64,000 nt of DNA, from positions 1 through 64,000 of the forward strand of contig CAWEMM010000013.1 of assembly GCA_963810095.1 (NCBI GenBank). The letters are read 5' to 3'. Positions within the stretch are counted from its first letter, which is position 1, and each line of letters starts with the position of its first letter. The translations under genes were made by a program, and so were the position numbers. The stretch comes from an uncultured Chloroflexia bacterium. Lineage in GTDB: Bacteria > Chloroflexota > Anaerolineae > CG2-30-64-16. The notes beneath the pieces were generated by a model. The model saw only the letters and a program-made list of their open reading frames with translations. It was not told the DNA's origin and made no database searches. Shown in pieces: positions 48,988 to 59,566 of the stretch.

Positions 48988-50992
48988 ATGCGTCCAGACG
49001 CGCATACCCCTGAATCGATTTCCCGCGGCCTCGACCGCATCCTGCCGTTCGTGCAGAAGCCCGCCGCGCTACACGGGCGGCGAGTACAACGCCGTGGTCA
49101 AGAACTGGGACGAGATCGCGTACAAGCTCGCGTTGGTCTTCCCCGACGTCTACGACCTCGGCATGTCAAACCTCGGCCTCGCGATCCTTTATGACATCGT
49201 GAACCAACGACCAGACATGCTCGCGGAGCGCGCTTACACGCCGTGGACCGACATGCTGGACGCGATGAAGCGCGATGACCTGCCGCTCTATTCGCTCGAA
49301 ACGCGCCACCCGCTGGCGCAGTTTGACGTGCTCGGTTTCTCCCTGCCCTACGAACAGCTCTACACCAACGTGCTGTCCACGCTCGACCTGGCGGGCATTC
49401 CGCTCCTTGCGGCCGACCGCACGGACGAGCCGCTCGTACTCGCCGGCGGCTCCGCCTGCATGAATCCCGAGCCGATGCACGCCTTCTTCGACGCGTTCTT
49501 CGTCGGCGAGGGCGAAGAAGCCATTGTGGAGATGACCCGCACGTGGAAGGATGCCCGGGCCGCGGGTCGCAGCCGGACGGAAGCGTTGGAGCGCCTGGCG
49601 CAGATCGACGGCGTGTATGTGCCGTCCTTCTACGACGCCACCTACAACGAAGACGGGACGCTCGCCGGCACACGACCCAATCTTACGTGTCGCGAAGCCG
49701 GTCATCACCAAGCGCATCGTCACTGTGCTTCCGCCGCCGGTCACGAAGTTTGTCGTGCCGTTCATCGACATCGTGCACAATCGGGCTGCCATAGAGATTC
49801 AACGGGGCTGCACCCGGGGCTGCCGCTTCTGCCAGGCGGGCATGATCTTCCGCCCGGTGCGCGAACGGCCCGTCGAAGAGGTGCTGGCTGCGGTCGACAA
49901 GATGGTCGTGGAGACGGGCTTCGAAGAGGTCTCTTTCCTCTCCCTCTCGTCGTCTGACTACGGCAAGATCGGCGAGCTGGTGAGCGGGGTCGTAGAGCGG
50001 CACGGGGCCGGCAAGCTCTCCATCGGGCTGCCCAGCCTGCGCATCGAGTCGTTCAGCGTCGACCTCATGGAGATGCTCGAAAAGGGCCGCCGGCGCTCGG
50101 GCTTCACCTTTGCACCTGAAGCCGCGACAGACCGCCTGCGCGACGTCATCAACAAGCCGATCAGCACGCAGGCCATGCTCGACACGGCCCGTGAGGTCTA
50201 CAGCCGCGGGTGGACCACGATCAAGATGTACTTCATGATCGGTCATCCCACGCAGACGCTCGAGGACGTGCAGGCGATTGCCGACCTGGCCCATGCGGTG
50301 CGCAAGACCGGCTACCAGGTGATGGGCAAGAAGTCTTCTGTACGCATTGGCGTGAGCACGCTCGTGCCCAAGCCGCACACGCCCTTCCAGTGGGCCTCGT
50401 TGGCCGACGAAGAGACGATCTGGGCGCAGATCGGCCTGCTCGAGCGCCAGCTCCGTGCGCCCGGGCTCGAGTTCAGCTGGAACAACCCCAAGGAGACGCT
50501 GCTCGAGGCGACGCTCAGCAGGGGTGACCGGCGGCTCGCGCCCGCCATCCTGCGAGCGTGGGAGCTGGGTGCGCGGTTCGACGGCTGGGGCGACCAGTTC
50601 AGAGAACGGGCGTGGGGCCAGGCGTTTGCCGACTGCGGGCTCGACCCGGACTGGTACGCACGCCGCGCCCGAGCCGTGGACGAGGTCCTGCCGTGGGACC
50701 ACATCAGCGCGGGGGTGAAGAAGCAGTTCCTGGCGGAGGAGTGGCAGCACGCGCAAGCGGGCGCGGTCGTCGACGACTGCCGCGAGCACTGCTTCTCGTG
50801 CGGTATTCTGGGCCAGTTCAAGGAGCAGCGCCGGGAGGCGCCGGACGACGCGTGGGGCTGCCCGCGCTGGGCAAGGGCAAGGAGCACCAGCCGGTCAACG
50901 CACACCCCATCCCGCTCTACTTTAACGAAGACATGAGCCCCGACCTGGCGCTTACCGCCGGCCCGCGCGTGCCGCAAAGGAGCAAAGAATAG
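48988..50992 (+). CDS. TIGR03960-type radical SAM protein (apparent frameshifts near 49060, 49675, 50865)
   Basis: KP.RYTGGEYN, FPDVYDLGMSNLG, EIQRGCTRGCRFCQAG, FAPEA, VPKPHTPFQW and C-terminal CREHCFSCG. Confidence 0.87.
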
Positions 50993-51085
50993 GACGCTGA
51001 TTGAACTGATCGAATTGATCTTCATGATCTCTCTGCGAAACGGTCAGTTCAGGTCAGCCCGATCAATTCGATCTGCGTTCTATTC
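50987..51085. repeat. Family A palindromic element, copy 5 (overlaps the radical SAM stop codon)
   Basis: GAATAGGACGCTGAT-TGAACTGAT-CGAATTGAT-CTTCATGATC...GATCTGCGTTCTATTC. Confidence 0.82.
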
Positions 51086-51093
51086 GGAGTAAC

Positions 51094-51750
51094 ATGAACG
51101 AGACTTATGCCCAGAGGATGAGGGTGTGGTTCGCCACCGACGATACGGTGAAGTATGTCGGGCACCTCGACATGCACCGCACGTGGGAGCGGGCGATCCG
51201 GCGCGCGGGGCTGCCGCTCGCCTATACGCAGGGGTTCAACCCGCAGGCCCGTCTTCAGTTTGCGGCCGCACTGCCCGTGGGCTTTACCGGCCAGGGCGAG
51301 GTTGCGGACGTGTTTCTGAACGATGAACTTGCGCCGCCCGAGTTCGTGCGGCGCCTCGGCGAGGCCCTACCGCCTGGCGTTCGTCCTCTGCGCGCCGAAC
51401 CCGTACCGCGCGAGGTCCCGTCCCTGCAGTCGCAGGTGAACGGCGCGCACTACGCCGTCGAGGTCGAAACCGACGACGACGAAGCGGCATTCACAGAGCG
51501 GCTGGCCGGCTTCATGGCGCTCGAGGAAGCCTGGCGCGAGCGCCGCAAAGGCAAGGAGATTTCGCGGTACGACCTCCGCCCGCTCATCCAGGACCTGCGC
51601 TACACCGGACGGACGGCCTACGGCCACTCGCTGCTCGTGACCATGCGGGCGGAGCCGGGTGCAACCGGCCGGCCCGACGAGCTGCTGGCCGAGTTGGGCT
51701 TCGAGAACGCGCCGCGCCGCATCGTCCGCCTGGAACTGCTCTTCGCCTGA
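51094..51750 (+). CDS. TIGR03936/DUF2344 radical SAM-associated protein
   Basis: KYVGHLD..R..ERAIRRAGLP.AYTQGFNP..RLQF..ALPVG. Confidence 0.9.
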   Translation: MNETYAQRMRVWFATDDTVKYVGHLDMHRTWERAIRRAGLPLAYTQGFNPQARLQFAAALPVGFTGQGEVADVFLNDELAPPEFVRRLGEALPPGVRPLRAEPVPREVPSLQSQVNGAHYAVEVETDDDEAAFTERLAGFMALEEAWRERRKGKEISRYDLRPLIQDLRYTGRTAYGHSLLVTMRAEPGATGRPDELLAELGFENAPRRIVRLELLFA

Positions 51751-51992
51751 ACGGCTCACGGCCCGGCAGCAGCGCTCCACCTCCGCCGTCACGATTCTCG
51801 GCGAAGCCGAGGTGACGGCGGATGGTGCAACCCGTAAGTCCCCTGGTGCCGACGCCTGCCCCCTAAGGCTTTTGCCCTACCTGCACCTCCTTCGCCTCTG
51901 TCTTTCATACGCACAACCCGTTCATGGATAGGGTCTTTTGCCCGATGACCCCGATGCTGCGCGCCCCTATACTGAAATTGCCCGGACTTAAT

Positions 51993-52018
51993 GGAGCAAA
52001 CGCGCTTTCTTCGACGTT
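51993..52018 (+). promoter_or_regulatory. Candidate ECF-sigma promoter heading the stress island
   Basis: GGAGC-N17-CGTT upstream of yciF. Confidence 0.5.
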
Positions 52019-52081
52019 GGAATGATTACTCAAGGACTGCCAGTGATTTACACAGAAAGATTTGATCGGAGGCAAGAACCA

Positions 52082-52654
52082 ATGGCGAAGATGCGTACCT
52101 TGCACGACCTATTCATCGAGCAACTCAAGGACATGAACAGCGCCGAGCGGCAGTTGGTCGCGGCGCTTCCGAAGATGGCGAAATCGGCGAGCTCACCCGA
52201 GCTGCGCCAGGCGTTCGAGCAGCACCTGGACGTTACCAAGTCGCAGATCGAACGGTTGAACCAGGTCTTTGACATGGTCGGCGCTTCCGCGGGCCGCAAG
52301 AAATGCAAGGGCATGGAAGGCCTGATCATGGAAGGCGAAGAGATCATGATGGAAGAGGGAATGGCCCCTGCCGTCAAGGATGCCGGCCTGATCGCGGCCG
52401 CTCAGAAGGTGGAGCACTACGAGATCGCTTCCTATGGCACCCTGCGCACTTTCGCGCAGATCATGGGCCACAAGGAAGCGGGCCAGGTCATCCAGCAGAT
52501 TCTGGACGAAGAAGGCAGGACCGACAAGCTGCTCACACAGATCGCCGAAAAGAGCGTGAACATGCAGGCGGAAGACATGGGCATGGAGGCGGGCTCCCGC
52601 TCTGGCAGCATGGGCGGCCAGTCGGCCGGCTCGCGTTCGACCAAGAGCAAGTAA
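52082..52654 (+). CDS. yciF: YciF/DUF892 ferritin-like stress protein
   Basis: QLKDMNSAERQ, CKGMEGLI, AAQKVEHYEIASYGTL and EE..TD..L. Confidence 0.9.
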   Translation: MAKMRTLHDLFIEQLKDMNSAERQLVAALPKMAKSASSPELRQAFEQHLDVTKSQIERLNQVFDMVGASAGRKKCKGMEGLIMEGEEIMMEEGMAPAVKDAGLIAAAQKVEHYEIASYGTLRTFAQIMGHKEAGQVIQQILDEEGRTDKLLTQIAEKSVNMQAEDMGMEAGSRSGSMGGQSAGSRSTKSK

Positions 52655-52697
52655 CACCTGAGCAAGTAAGAGCAAGCAAAAAACGTGAAACGCCGAT

Positions 52698-52756
52698 GCG
52701 AAAACTTCCGAAGCCAACAGCGGCAAACGGCGCGCTGTAGCTTCGGAAGTTTTCGC
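52698..52756. repeat. Family B-related perfect 16-bp inverted repeat
   Basis: GCGAAAACTTCCGAAG...CTTCGGAAGTTTTCGC. Confidence 0.75.
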
Positions 52757-52833
52757 AAATGGACTGATCTGGTGAAGTTGTTGGATAGCAGAAGGCAGAT
52801 TGGGATGATACAGCGAAGAGCAGGAGTGGGGTG

Positions 52834-54830
52834 ATGGAGAAGACAGTGGTGGCGTTGTTCGATAACCTCGACGGCGCGCAGGGAGCGGTGCAGCAGCTGC
52901 TCGAGGCGGGTTTCAGCCGGGACGACATCAGTGTGGTCCGCACAAATCAACAGGGTGACTACACGAGCGGCAACGTGGTCGAGGCCAGCGAGCACGATGC
53001 CAGCGGTGCCGCTGCCGGCGCCGGCATCGGAGCCGTTCTCGGCGGTCTTGCGGGCCTCCTCGTCGGGTTGGGTGCCCTGGCGATCCCCGGCATTGGTCCC
53101 GTGATTGCGGCCGGTCCGATCGCAACCACGCTCGCAGGCGCAGGTCTGGGCGCAGCGACCGGCGGCCTGGTCGGGGCACTGGCCGATGCGGGCGTGCCCG
53201 AACCCGACGCAGGCGCGTATGCGGAAGGCGTGCGCCGCGGCGGAACACTCGTGACGGTGCGTGCGGGCGAAGAGAGGGTGTCGCAGGCTACCGAGGTGCT
53301 GAATCGCTTCAGCCCGGTGGACATTAACCAGCGAACCGGCGAATGGGAGACTTCGGGCTATAGCGGGCATGCCGCGAGCGCCGGACCTTACAGCACGTCG
53401 AGCGGCGCGCCACATACCCACCAGGCCGAGGAGATGGCGCAGGAAAAGCCGAGCCCCATCGACCCCAGCCAGAGTCCCGACTACCGGGCGCAGACGGGCT
53501 ACACGGGTGAGAACAGCGGCGGCTCGGCGGAAGGCGCGGGCACGTTGGGCTACACCGGCGCAGGCACGACCTACCAGGGCACGGGCACGTTCACCAGTAA
53601 CACCGAGCCGTCCGGATCGGACTCGGGCACGGTGTACGGCGGCGGCGATAGCTATACGAACGATATGGACAAGCCAAACCCCTCGGACAAGACGGAGTCG
53701 CCGGATCGGGTCGGCAGCAGCAACTGGGCCGACGAAGACAGCGTGATGCGGAGCGGGCACGGTGAGATGAGCACCAGCACCGGTTTCTCGGGCCAGGGCG
53801 GCGGCACTTACGAGGCGCCCGGGGACGCCGGGCGAAAGCAGGATGCCGATCCGACTGTGCACCCGCGATCGAGCGAGGGCGACTACCAGGCGCGCCGCGA
53901 CTTCGCCCGCGGCAGCCAGACCGAGCAAGAGAACCAGGGCCAGGGCGGCATGATCGAAACTGGCCGCGGGACGTACGGCAGCCAGGGGCAGAACTTCGAG
54001 CCGTCGCGAGGGTTGTCTGAGGGCCTGGTTGCGCCCGGCGCAGGCGGGTCAAGCGGCGACGACATGGGCACGACAGGCGTAACCTTCCGCAGCGGGCCGG
54101 CCGCCGGTCAACCCGCCGGCATCGATGACTTCGACAGCGATTTCCGCAGCCACTACGAGCGCAACTACCGGGGCAGCGCCGGCGTCGAATACGGCTACGA
54201 ACGCTACCGGCCGGCCTACCAATACGGTGGGCAGTTGGGCCAACAGTACCAGGGCCAGGCGTGGAACGACTTTGAGTCCAGCGCCCGGACCGATTGGGAA
54301 CGCAGCCACCCCAACGACGCGTGGCAGGACTTCCGAGCCGCGATCTACGAGGGCTGGGAGCGCTTCAGGGGGGCGTGCAGGATGCAGGGCAGGACCTGCA
54401 GCATGGCTCGCAGGGCGCCGAGCAGCCGTACAAGGGCATCGAGCAGGGAGCGCAGCCTCGCCAGGTCGCGGACCAGGATGCCCGGACCTGGAGCCAGGAC
54501 GCGCGCGACAGCCTCGAGCAGACCTACGATCGGACCATGGGCGAAATGAGCCGCGGCTTCGACACCTATGACAGCGACTTCCGCAGCGACTGGGACCGCT
54601 CGTTCCGCTCGACGGGTTATAGCTACGAACGTTACCAGCCGGCCTACCAGTACGGCTACAACCTGGCGACCGATGCCAAGTACCGCGACCGGAACTGGAG
54701 CGACCTGGAATCCGACGCCCGGCGTGACTGGGAAACGCGGCACCCGAACGATGCGTGGGAAGATTTCAAGGATGCAGTCCAGCACGCGTGGGACCAGGTG
54801 CGCGGCGGCATTGAGGGCGCCCTGGACTGA
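52834..54830 (+). CDS. General-stress Gly-zipper repeat protein, paralog 2, with long disordered insert (apparent frameshift near 54370)
   Basis: Same N-domain and two Trp/Tyr repeats as 32646-33959; the second repeat lies in frame 54294-54830. Confidence 0.78.
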
Positions 54831-54844
54831 GTTTACAGTTCGCA

Positions 54845-54899
54845 AACACCAAGGCAGCAAGACACGAGGCGAAAGCTTCGTGTCTTGAGCCCTCGTGTT
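54845..54899. repeat. Imperfect palindrome (ACACCAAG/ACACGAG units)
   Basis: AACACCAAGG..CAAGACACGAGGC GAAA GCTTCGTGTCTTG..CCTCGTGTT. Confidence 0.6.
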
Positions 54900-54925
54900 A
54901 ACCCGTCTCACTCGAGGCTTCACCC

Positions 54926-56566
54926 ATGACCGCTCCATTACAGGTTTCACGTGCCGAGATCCGCCGGACCGCTCAGCAAGGGCTGGGCTTTGATCACCTG
55001 CGACCGGGCCAACAGCCGGTTATCGAGGCCGTGCTGGCCGGGCGGGACACCCTCGCAGTCATGCCCACGGGGTCCGGCAAGTCTGCGATCTATCAGATTG
55101 CAGGGGCGCTGATCCCGGGTGCGACGCTGGTGGTATCGCCCTTGATCGCGCTGCAGAAGGACCAGCTCGACGCGCTGGCACAGGGCGACGTGGGCGAAGC
55201 GGCCGCGTTGAACTCGGTCATTGGGAATTCGGAGCGCGAAGAGGCCCTGGCCGACATGGAGGATGACCGGCTGGAGTTCATCTTCATGGCGCCGGAGCAG
55301 TTCAGTAATGAAGAAACCCTGCGGCGCCTGGAGCAAAACCCGCCGTCCCTCTTCGTCGTCGACGAGGCGCACTGCATCAGCGAGTGGGGCCATGACTTCC
55401 GGCCCGACTACATGAAGCTGGGCGCGGTGATCGAGCGTTTGGGCCACCCGACGGTCCTGGCCTTGACTGCGACGGCTGCCCCGCCCGTGCGGCGCGAGAT
55501 CATCGAGCGGTTGGGCATGCATGAGGCACGGATCGTCGTGCGGGGATTCGACCGGCCGAATATCTGGCTGGGCGTCGCCACCGTGCAGGATGAGAGTGCG
55601 AAGGAGAAGGCGCTCATCAAGCGGGTGGTGGCGGCCGAGAAGCCGGGCATCGTCTACGTGGCGACCCGCAAACACGCGTCCGAGGTAGCGGCCAAGCTGG
55701 GCGAGGTCGGGGTGCGGTCGGAGTTCTACCATGCCGGCCTGAGCCCCAAGGAACGCGAGCGCGTTCATGACGCATTCATGGCGGATGAGATCGAGGTGAT
55801 CATCGCGACGATCGCGTTCGGCATGGGGGTGGACAAGCCAAACGTGCGCTTCGTGTTCCACTATGACATCAGCGAATCGGTCGATTCCTACTACCAGGAG
55901 ATCGGCCGGGCTGGGCGCGACGGACTTCCGGCCCAAGCACTGCTGTTTTACTGTCCCAACGACCTGGGTTTGCGCCGTTTCTTCGCCTCCAGCGGGGTAA
56001 TCGACGAGGAGCAGGTTCGCCGGGTCTACGACTTCATTCTGCTTAACAACGGAAGGGCGACGCAGGAGGAGCTCGCGGACAGCGTTGCGCTCTCCAAAGC
56101 GAAACAGTTGGCCGTCCTCAATCGTTTAGTTGACGCAGGGGCGCTGGATAGGCTGCCGGACGGTGCGTACGAGGCGACGAACAGTGCCGAGACGAAGATC
56201 GAGCAGTTGCTGGCCGAGGCAGTCGGCGCGCAGGAGCGACGCCGCGAGTACGACCGGTCGCGCGTCGACATGATCCGCAGCTATGCGGAGATGAGTGGGT
56301 GCCGGCGCCAGCATTTGCTCGCCTATTTCGGCGAGGAACTGCCCGAGCCGTGCGGCAACTGCGACAACTGCGCGAGTGGCATTGCGAAGTCGAGCGATGC
56401 GAGCCAGCCGTTTGCGACGGGCAGCCGGGTGCAGCACAGGCGCTGGGGGCCCGGCCAGGTCCTGCAGTACGAGGGCGAGAACGTCGTCGTGTTATTCGAT
56501 AGCGTGGGCTATAAGACTTTATCCGTTTCATTGGTGATGGAGCAGGGCTTATTAGCTCAGGCGTAA
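54926..56566 (+). CDS. recQ: RecQ family ATP-dependent DNA helicase (no HRDC)
   Basis: PTGSGKS, VDEAHCISEWGHDFRP, QEIGRAGRDG and Zn motif CRR...CGNCDNC. Confidence 0.93.
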   Translation: MTAPLQVSRAEIRRTAQQGLGFDHLRPGQQPVIEAVLAGRDTLAVMPTGSGKSAIYQIAGALIPGATLVVSPLIALQKDQLDALAQGDVGEAAALNSVIGNSEREEALADMEDDRLEFIFMAPEQFSNEETLRRLEQNPPSLFVVDEAHCISEWGHDFRPDYMKLGAVIERLGHPTVLALTATAAPPVRREIIERLGMHEARIVVRGFDRPNIWLGVATVQDESAKEKALIKRVVAAEKPGIVYVATRKHASEVAAKLGEVGVRSEFYHAGLSPKERERVHDAFMADEIEVIIATIAFGMGVDKPNVRFVFHYDISESVDSYYQEIGRAGRDGLPAQALLFYCPNDLGLRRFFASSGVIDEEQVRRVYDFILLNNGRATQEELADSVALSKAKQLAVLNRLVDAGALDRLPDGAYEATNSAETKIEQLLAEAVGAQERRREYDRSRVDMIRSYAEMSGCRRQHLLAYFGEELPEPCGNCDNCASGIAKSSDASQPFATGSRVQHRRWGPGQVLQYEGENVVVLFDSVGYKTLSVSLVMEQGLLAQA

Positions 56567-56613
56567 GCCGGGCGAGCCAAAGCCCGTGAGCGAAAAGGTA
56601 GGGGGGCGCCGCG

Positions 56614-56988
56614 GTGGAGACATGGGAAATCTGGTATCCCGAAGGTGCGGCAGCGGGTGTTCCGTTCTTGCGCAGCAAGATCGATCCCGCCCAGGCTGTG
56701 TTGGTCCATTCGGCGCCGCCCACTCTTGAGGTGATCGTGACCGGCGCCGACGGTGTGCGGTTGGCGAAGGGCGAGAACCTCGAGCGAACGATGGAGAGCC
56801 CCATGTGCCTGCTCGTGCGCGACGGCGAGCAGATCGTGCGGCGGGATCTTTGGCCTGGCGAGTCTCACGTGGGTGCAGTGATTCTGCTGCCCGGCGGCGA
56901 GGCGGGCCGGCTGGTGGAATGGTGGCATGCGCCCGATCAGTCAGAGTGGCGCTGGCGGGTGGAGTTTTATAACAAGCGGTCTTCATAG
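56614..56988 (+). CDS. Hypothetical protein
   Basis: Operon-oriented ORF with protein-like composition (WEIWYP...LPGGEAG...WRWRVEFYN). Confidence 0.65.
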   Translation: METWEIWYPEGAAAGVPFLRSKIDPAQAVLVHSAPPTLEVIVTGADGVRLAKGENLERTMESPMCLLVRDGEQIVRRDLWPGESHVGAVILLPGGEAGRLVEWWHAPDQSEWRWRVEFYNKRSS

Positions 56989-57061
56989 CAATCATGAGCG
57001 AAGTGGGTGGTCCCGCCCCAGCAGCGGTGGGGCCTGTTGGTTTGACTAAAGGAGTAAGACG

Positions 57062-58133
57062 ATGGGAATAAGAGGTTTCTTTACGACGCTCGGGCTGGGG
57101 CTCGGAGCAATGTATTTCATGGACCCGGAACGTGGTGAGGAGCGCCGAAACGAGGTTCGCAACCAGGTCATGCAGCTCCGCGATCAGGCGCAGACTGTGT
57201 GGAACGAAGGGAGCGACGACCTCGCGAACCGGGCGAAGACCTTGCGCAACAAGGCGGGCCAGGCGCCGTCCGACGTCATGCAGGCCGGCAAGGATGCGAT
57301 GAGCCAGGGCCGGCGGGGCATGAGTCTGCGCCTCGACATGGAGCGGCCCGGAGACCGCTTGCTAACGATGAGCGGCGGCGGCCTGCTGGCGCTGTACGGC
57401 CTGGTGCGCGGCGGCATCCTTGGGAAGGCCGCGCTGCTTGCAGGCGCGAACTACGTTGCCAAGGGGCTCACACAGAAGGACATGCTGGGCGACGCAGTGA
57501 GCAAGATGCGCGCCAGCCGCAGCACGGGCGGCGGGATTGAGTTCCGCAAGGCCGTTCGCATCAATGCGCCCGTGGAGGATGTCTTCACGTTCTGGCAGAA
57601 CTACGACAACTTCCCGCGCTTCATGTCGCATCTCAAAGAGGTGCACGACCTGGGCGAAGGCCGGTCACACTGGGTTGCCAACGGCCCCGCCGACCTGCCG
57701 GTTGAGTGGGATGCGCTCATTACCGAGCTTCGCCCCGAACCGGGTGATTGCCTGGGAAAGCGTGCCGGGTTCGGACGTGTACAACGCCGGACGCGTGCGC
57801 TTCGAGTCGGTCGACGGCGCAACGCGCATCGACGTGTTCATGACTTACAACCCGCCCGGGGGCGTCGCGGGCCATGCCATCGCCGCGCTCTTCGGAGCCG
57901 ATCCGAACACGGCAATGGACGACGACCTCCTGAAGCTCAAGTCGCTGCTCGAGCAGGGCGGCACTGAAACCATGAGGCCCGGCCGGTCCTATCGCCGCAC
58001 AAAAGGCGACGGCGGCATGGGCTCGATGGAGGATGAGATCAGCGGGGGCAGCGCCGCCGCGGGCTTCAACGGCGGCGAGAACGCACCCTCGCGGCGGAAG
58101 CCGGGAAGCGACGTGCCGGGCGCCGGCAGTTGA
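57062..58133 (+). CDS. SRPBCC (cyclase/dehydrase) protein with YtxH-like N-terminus (apparent frameshift near 57735)
   Basis: GAMYFMDPERGEERR; FWQNYDNFPRFMSHL, SHW, EWDA; continues PNRVIAWES...NAGRVRF...YNPPGG. Confidence 0.85.
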
Positions 58134-58166
58134 GGCGCCCCTCAGCCGCGGCCGTCTGCGAAGACA

Positions 58167-58215
58167 CGAACGGCGGAAACGAATGGGCGCAAGAGCGCCT
58201 TCGGTCCGTCCGTTC
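58167..58215. repeat. Intercistronic imperfect palindrome
   Basis: CGAACGGCGGAAACGAA..GGCGC AAGA GCGCC TTCGGTCCGTCCGTTCG. Confidence 0.55.
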
Positions 58216-58263
58216 GCAGGATTCGTGGATGGCCGCGCTTCGCAAGTCGAAGGCAGCACGACC

Positions 58264-59433
58264 TTGACCGCAAACATTGCAGCGGAGCCCAACCCGCACA
58301 ACGGCGACGAAGTCCTCGGCCAGCATGCCAGCGTGGCCGAAGGCGGCGCGGTCATCGTTCCGGGCCTTGTCTACAGCAGCGATACGTTGCCCGGCATCCG
58401 CCGGCGGCGCTGCGGCAAGGGCTGGTGCTACATTGGACCGGATGGAAAGCACATTAAGGAGGCTGAGACGCTGGCCCGCATTCGCGCCCTCGCGATTCCG
58501 CCGGCATGGTCTGAGGTCTGGATTTGTGCGGACCCTAACGGCCACATTCAGGCGACCGGCCGCGACGCAAAGGGCCGGAAACAGTATCGCTATCACCCCA
58601 GCTGGAGCGAGCATCGCAGCAATGCGAAGTTCGGGCGCGTCATCGCTTTCAGTCAGGCTCTTCCACACATTCGCGAGCAGGTCGAGAAGGACCTGCGCCG
58701 CCACGGCCTGCCACAGGAGAAAGTCGTTGCCGCAGTCGTGCGCCTCCTCGAAACGACCTACATCCGTATCGGGAACAAGGAATACGCGCGCCAGAATAAA
58801 TCGTTCGGCCTGACCACCTTGCGTGATCGCCACGTGGACGTCGCGGGCACGACTCTGCGCTTCAAATTTGTGGGCAAGAGCGGCCAGAAGCACGCGATCG
58901 AACTGCACGACCGGCGGATGGCGCGGATCGTCAAGATGTGCCGGGACCTGCCCGGGTACGACCTGTTTCAGTACATCGACGACGAGGGCGTGCGCCAGAC
59001 GGTCGATTCAGGAGCGGTCAACGCCTACCTGCGCTCGATTGCCGGCGAAGACTTCAGCGCGAAGGACTTTCGCACTTGGGGCGGAACGCTGCTCGCCGCA
59101 CGTGAGTTGCGCCAGATGACACCGCCGACATCCCAGCGCGAGGTGAAGCGCACGACGAACCAGGTGATCCAGCGGGTAGCCAGCATGCTGGGGAACCGGC
59201 CGGCAACCTGCCGTAAGTACTACGTCCACCCCGCGATCCTGGAAGCATACGCCGACGGCACGCTGTTTGAGGCTGTGGCGCAGGTGCGAAAGGAGGGGTA
59301 CGAGGACGCTCCGCACGATTTGGACCTGGAGGAGGCCGCGCTGCTGGAACTGCTGGAACGCAAGCAGGCGCAGGGCTACGCCGCCGATCCGCAGGCGCCG
59401 GATCCCGTGCCCGAGGACTGTGAAGAGTCTTGA
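58264..59433 (+). CDS. DNA topoisomerase IB (bacterial, poxvirus-like)
   Basis: AIPPAW, GRDAKGRKQYRYH, IRIGN, FVGKSG, KDFRTW, LGNRPATCRKYYVHP (catalytic Tyr); start uncertain. Confidence 0.93.
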   Translation: MTANIAAEPNPHNGDEVLGQHASVAEGGAVIVPGLVYSSDTLPGIRRRRCGKGWCYIGPDGKHIKEAETLARIRALAIPPAWSEVWICADPNGHIQATGRDAKGRKQYRYHPSWSEHRSNAKFGRVIAFSQALPHIREQVEKDLRRHGLPQEKVVAAVVRLLETTYIRIGNKEYARQNKSFGLTTLRDRHVDVAGTTLRFKFVGKSGQKHAIELHDRRMARIVKMCRDLPGYDLFQYIDDEGVRQTVDSGAVNAYLRSIAGEDFSAKDFRTWGGTLLAARELRQMTPPTSQREVKRTTNQVIQRVASMLGNRPATCRKYYVHPAILEAYADGTLFEAVAQVRKEGYEDAPHDLDLEEAALLELLERKQAQGYAADPQAPDPVPEDCEES

Positions 59434-59566
59434 TGCCGCAATCGGCCCTAAACAGAAGAATCAAAGAAAGGAAGGTCCGCGTAGGAACCTTCGAGCTGCT
59501 TTGGTTCTTGCTTTCTTTCTGTACACCCGGTCTCTCGCAATGGGCTAAACTGGAAGGAGTAGGCAA

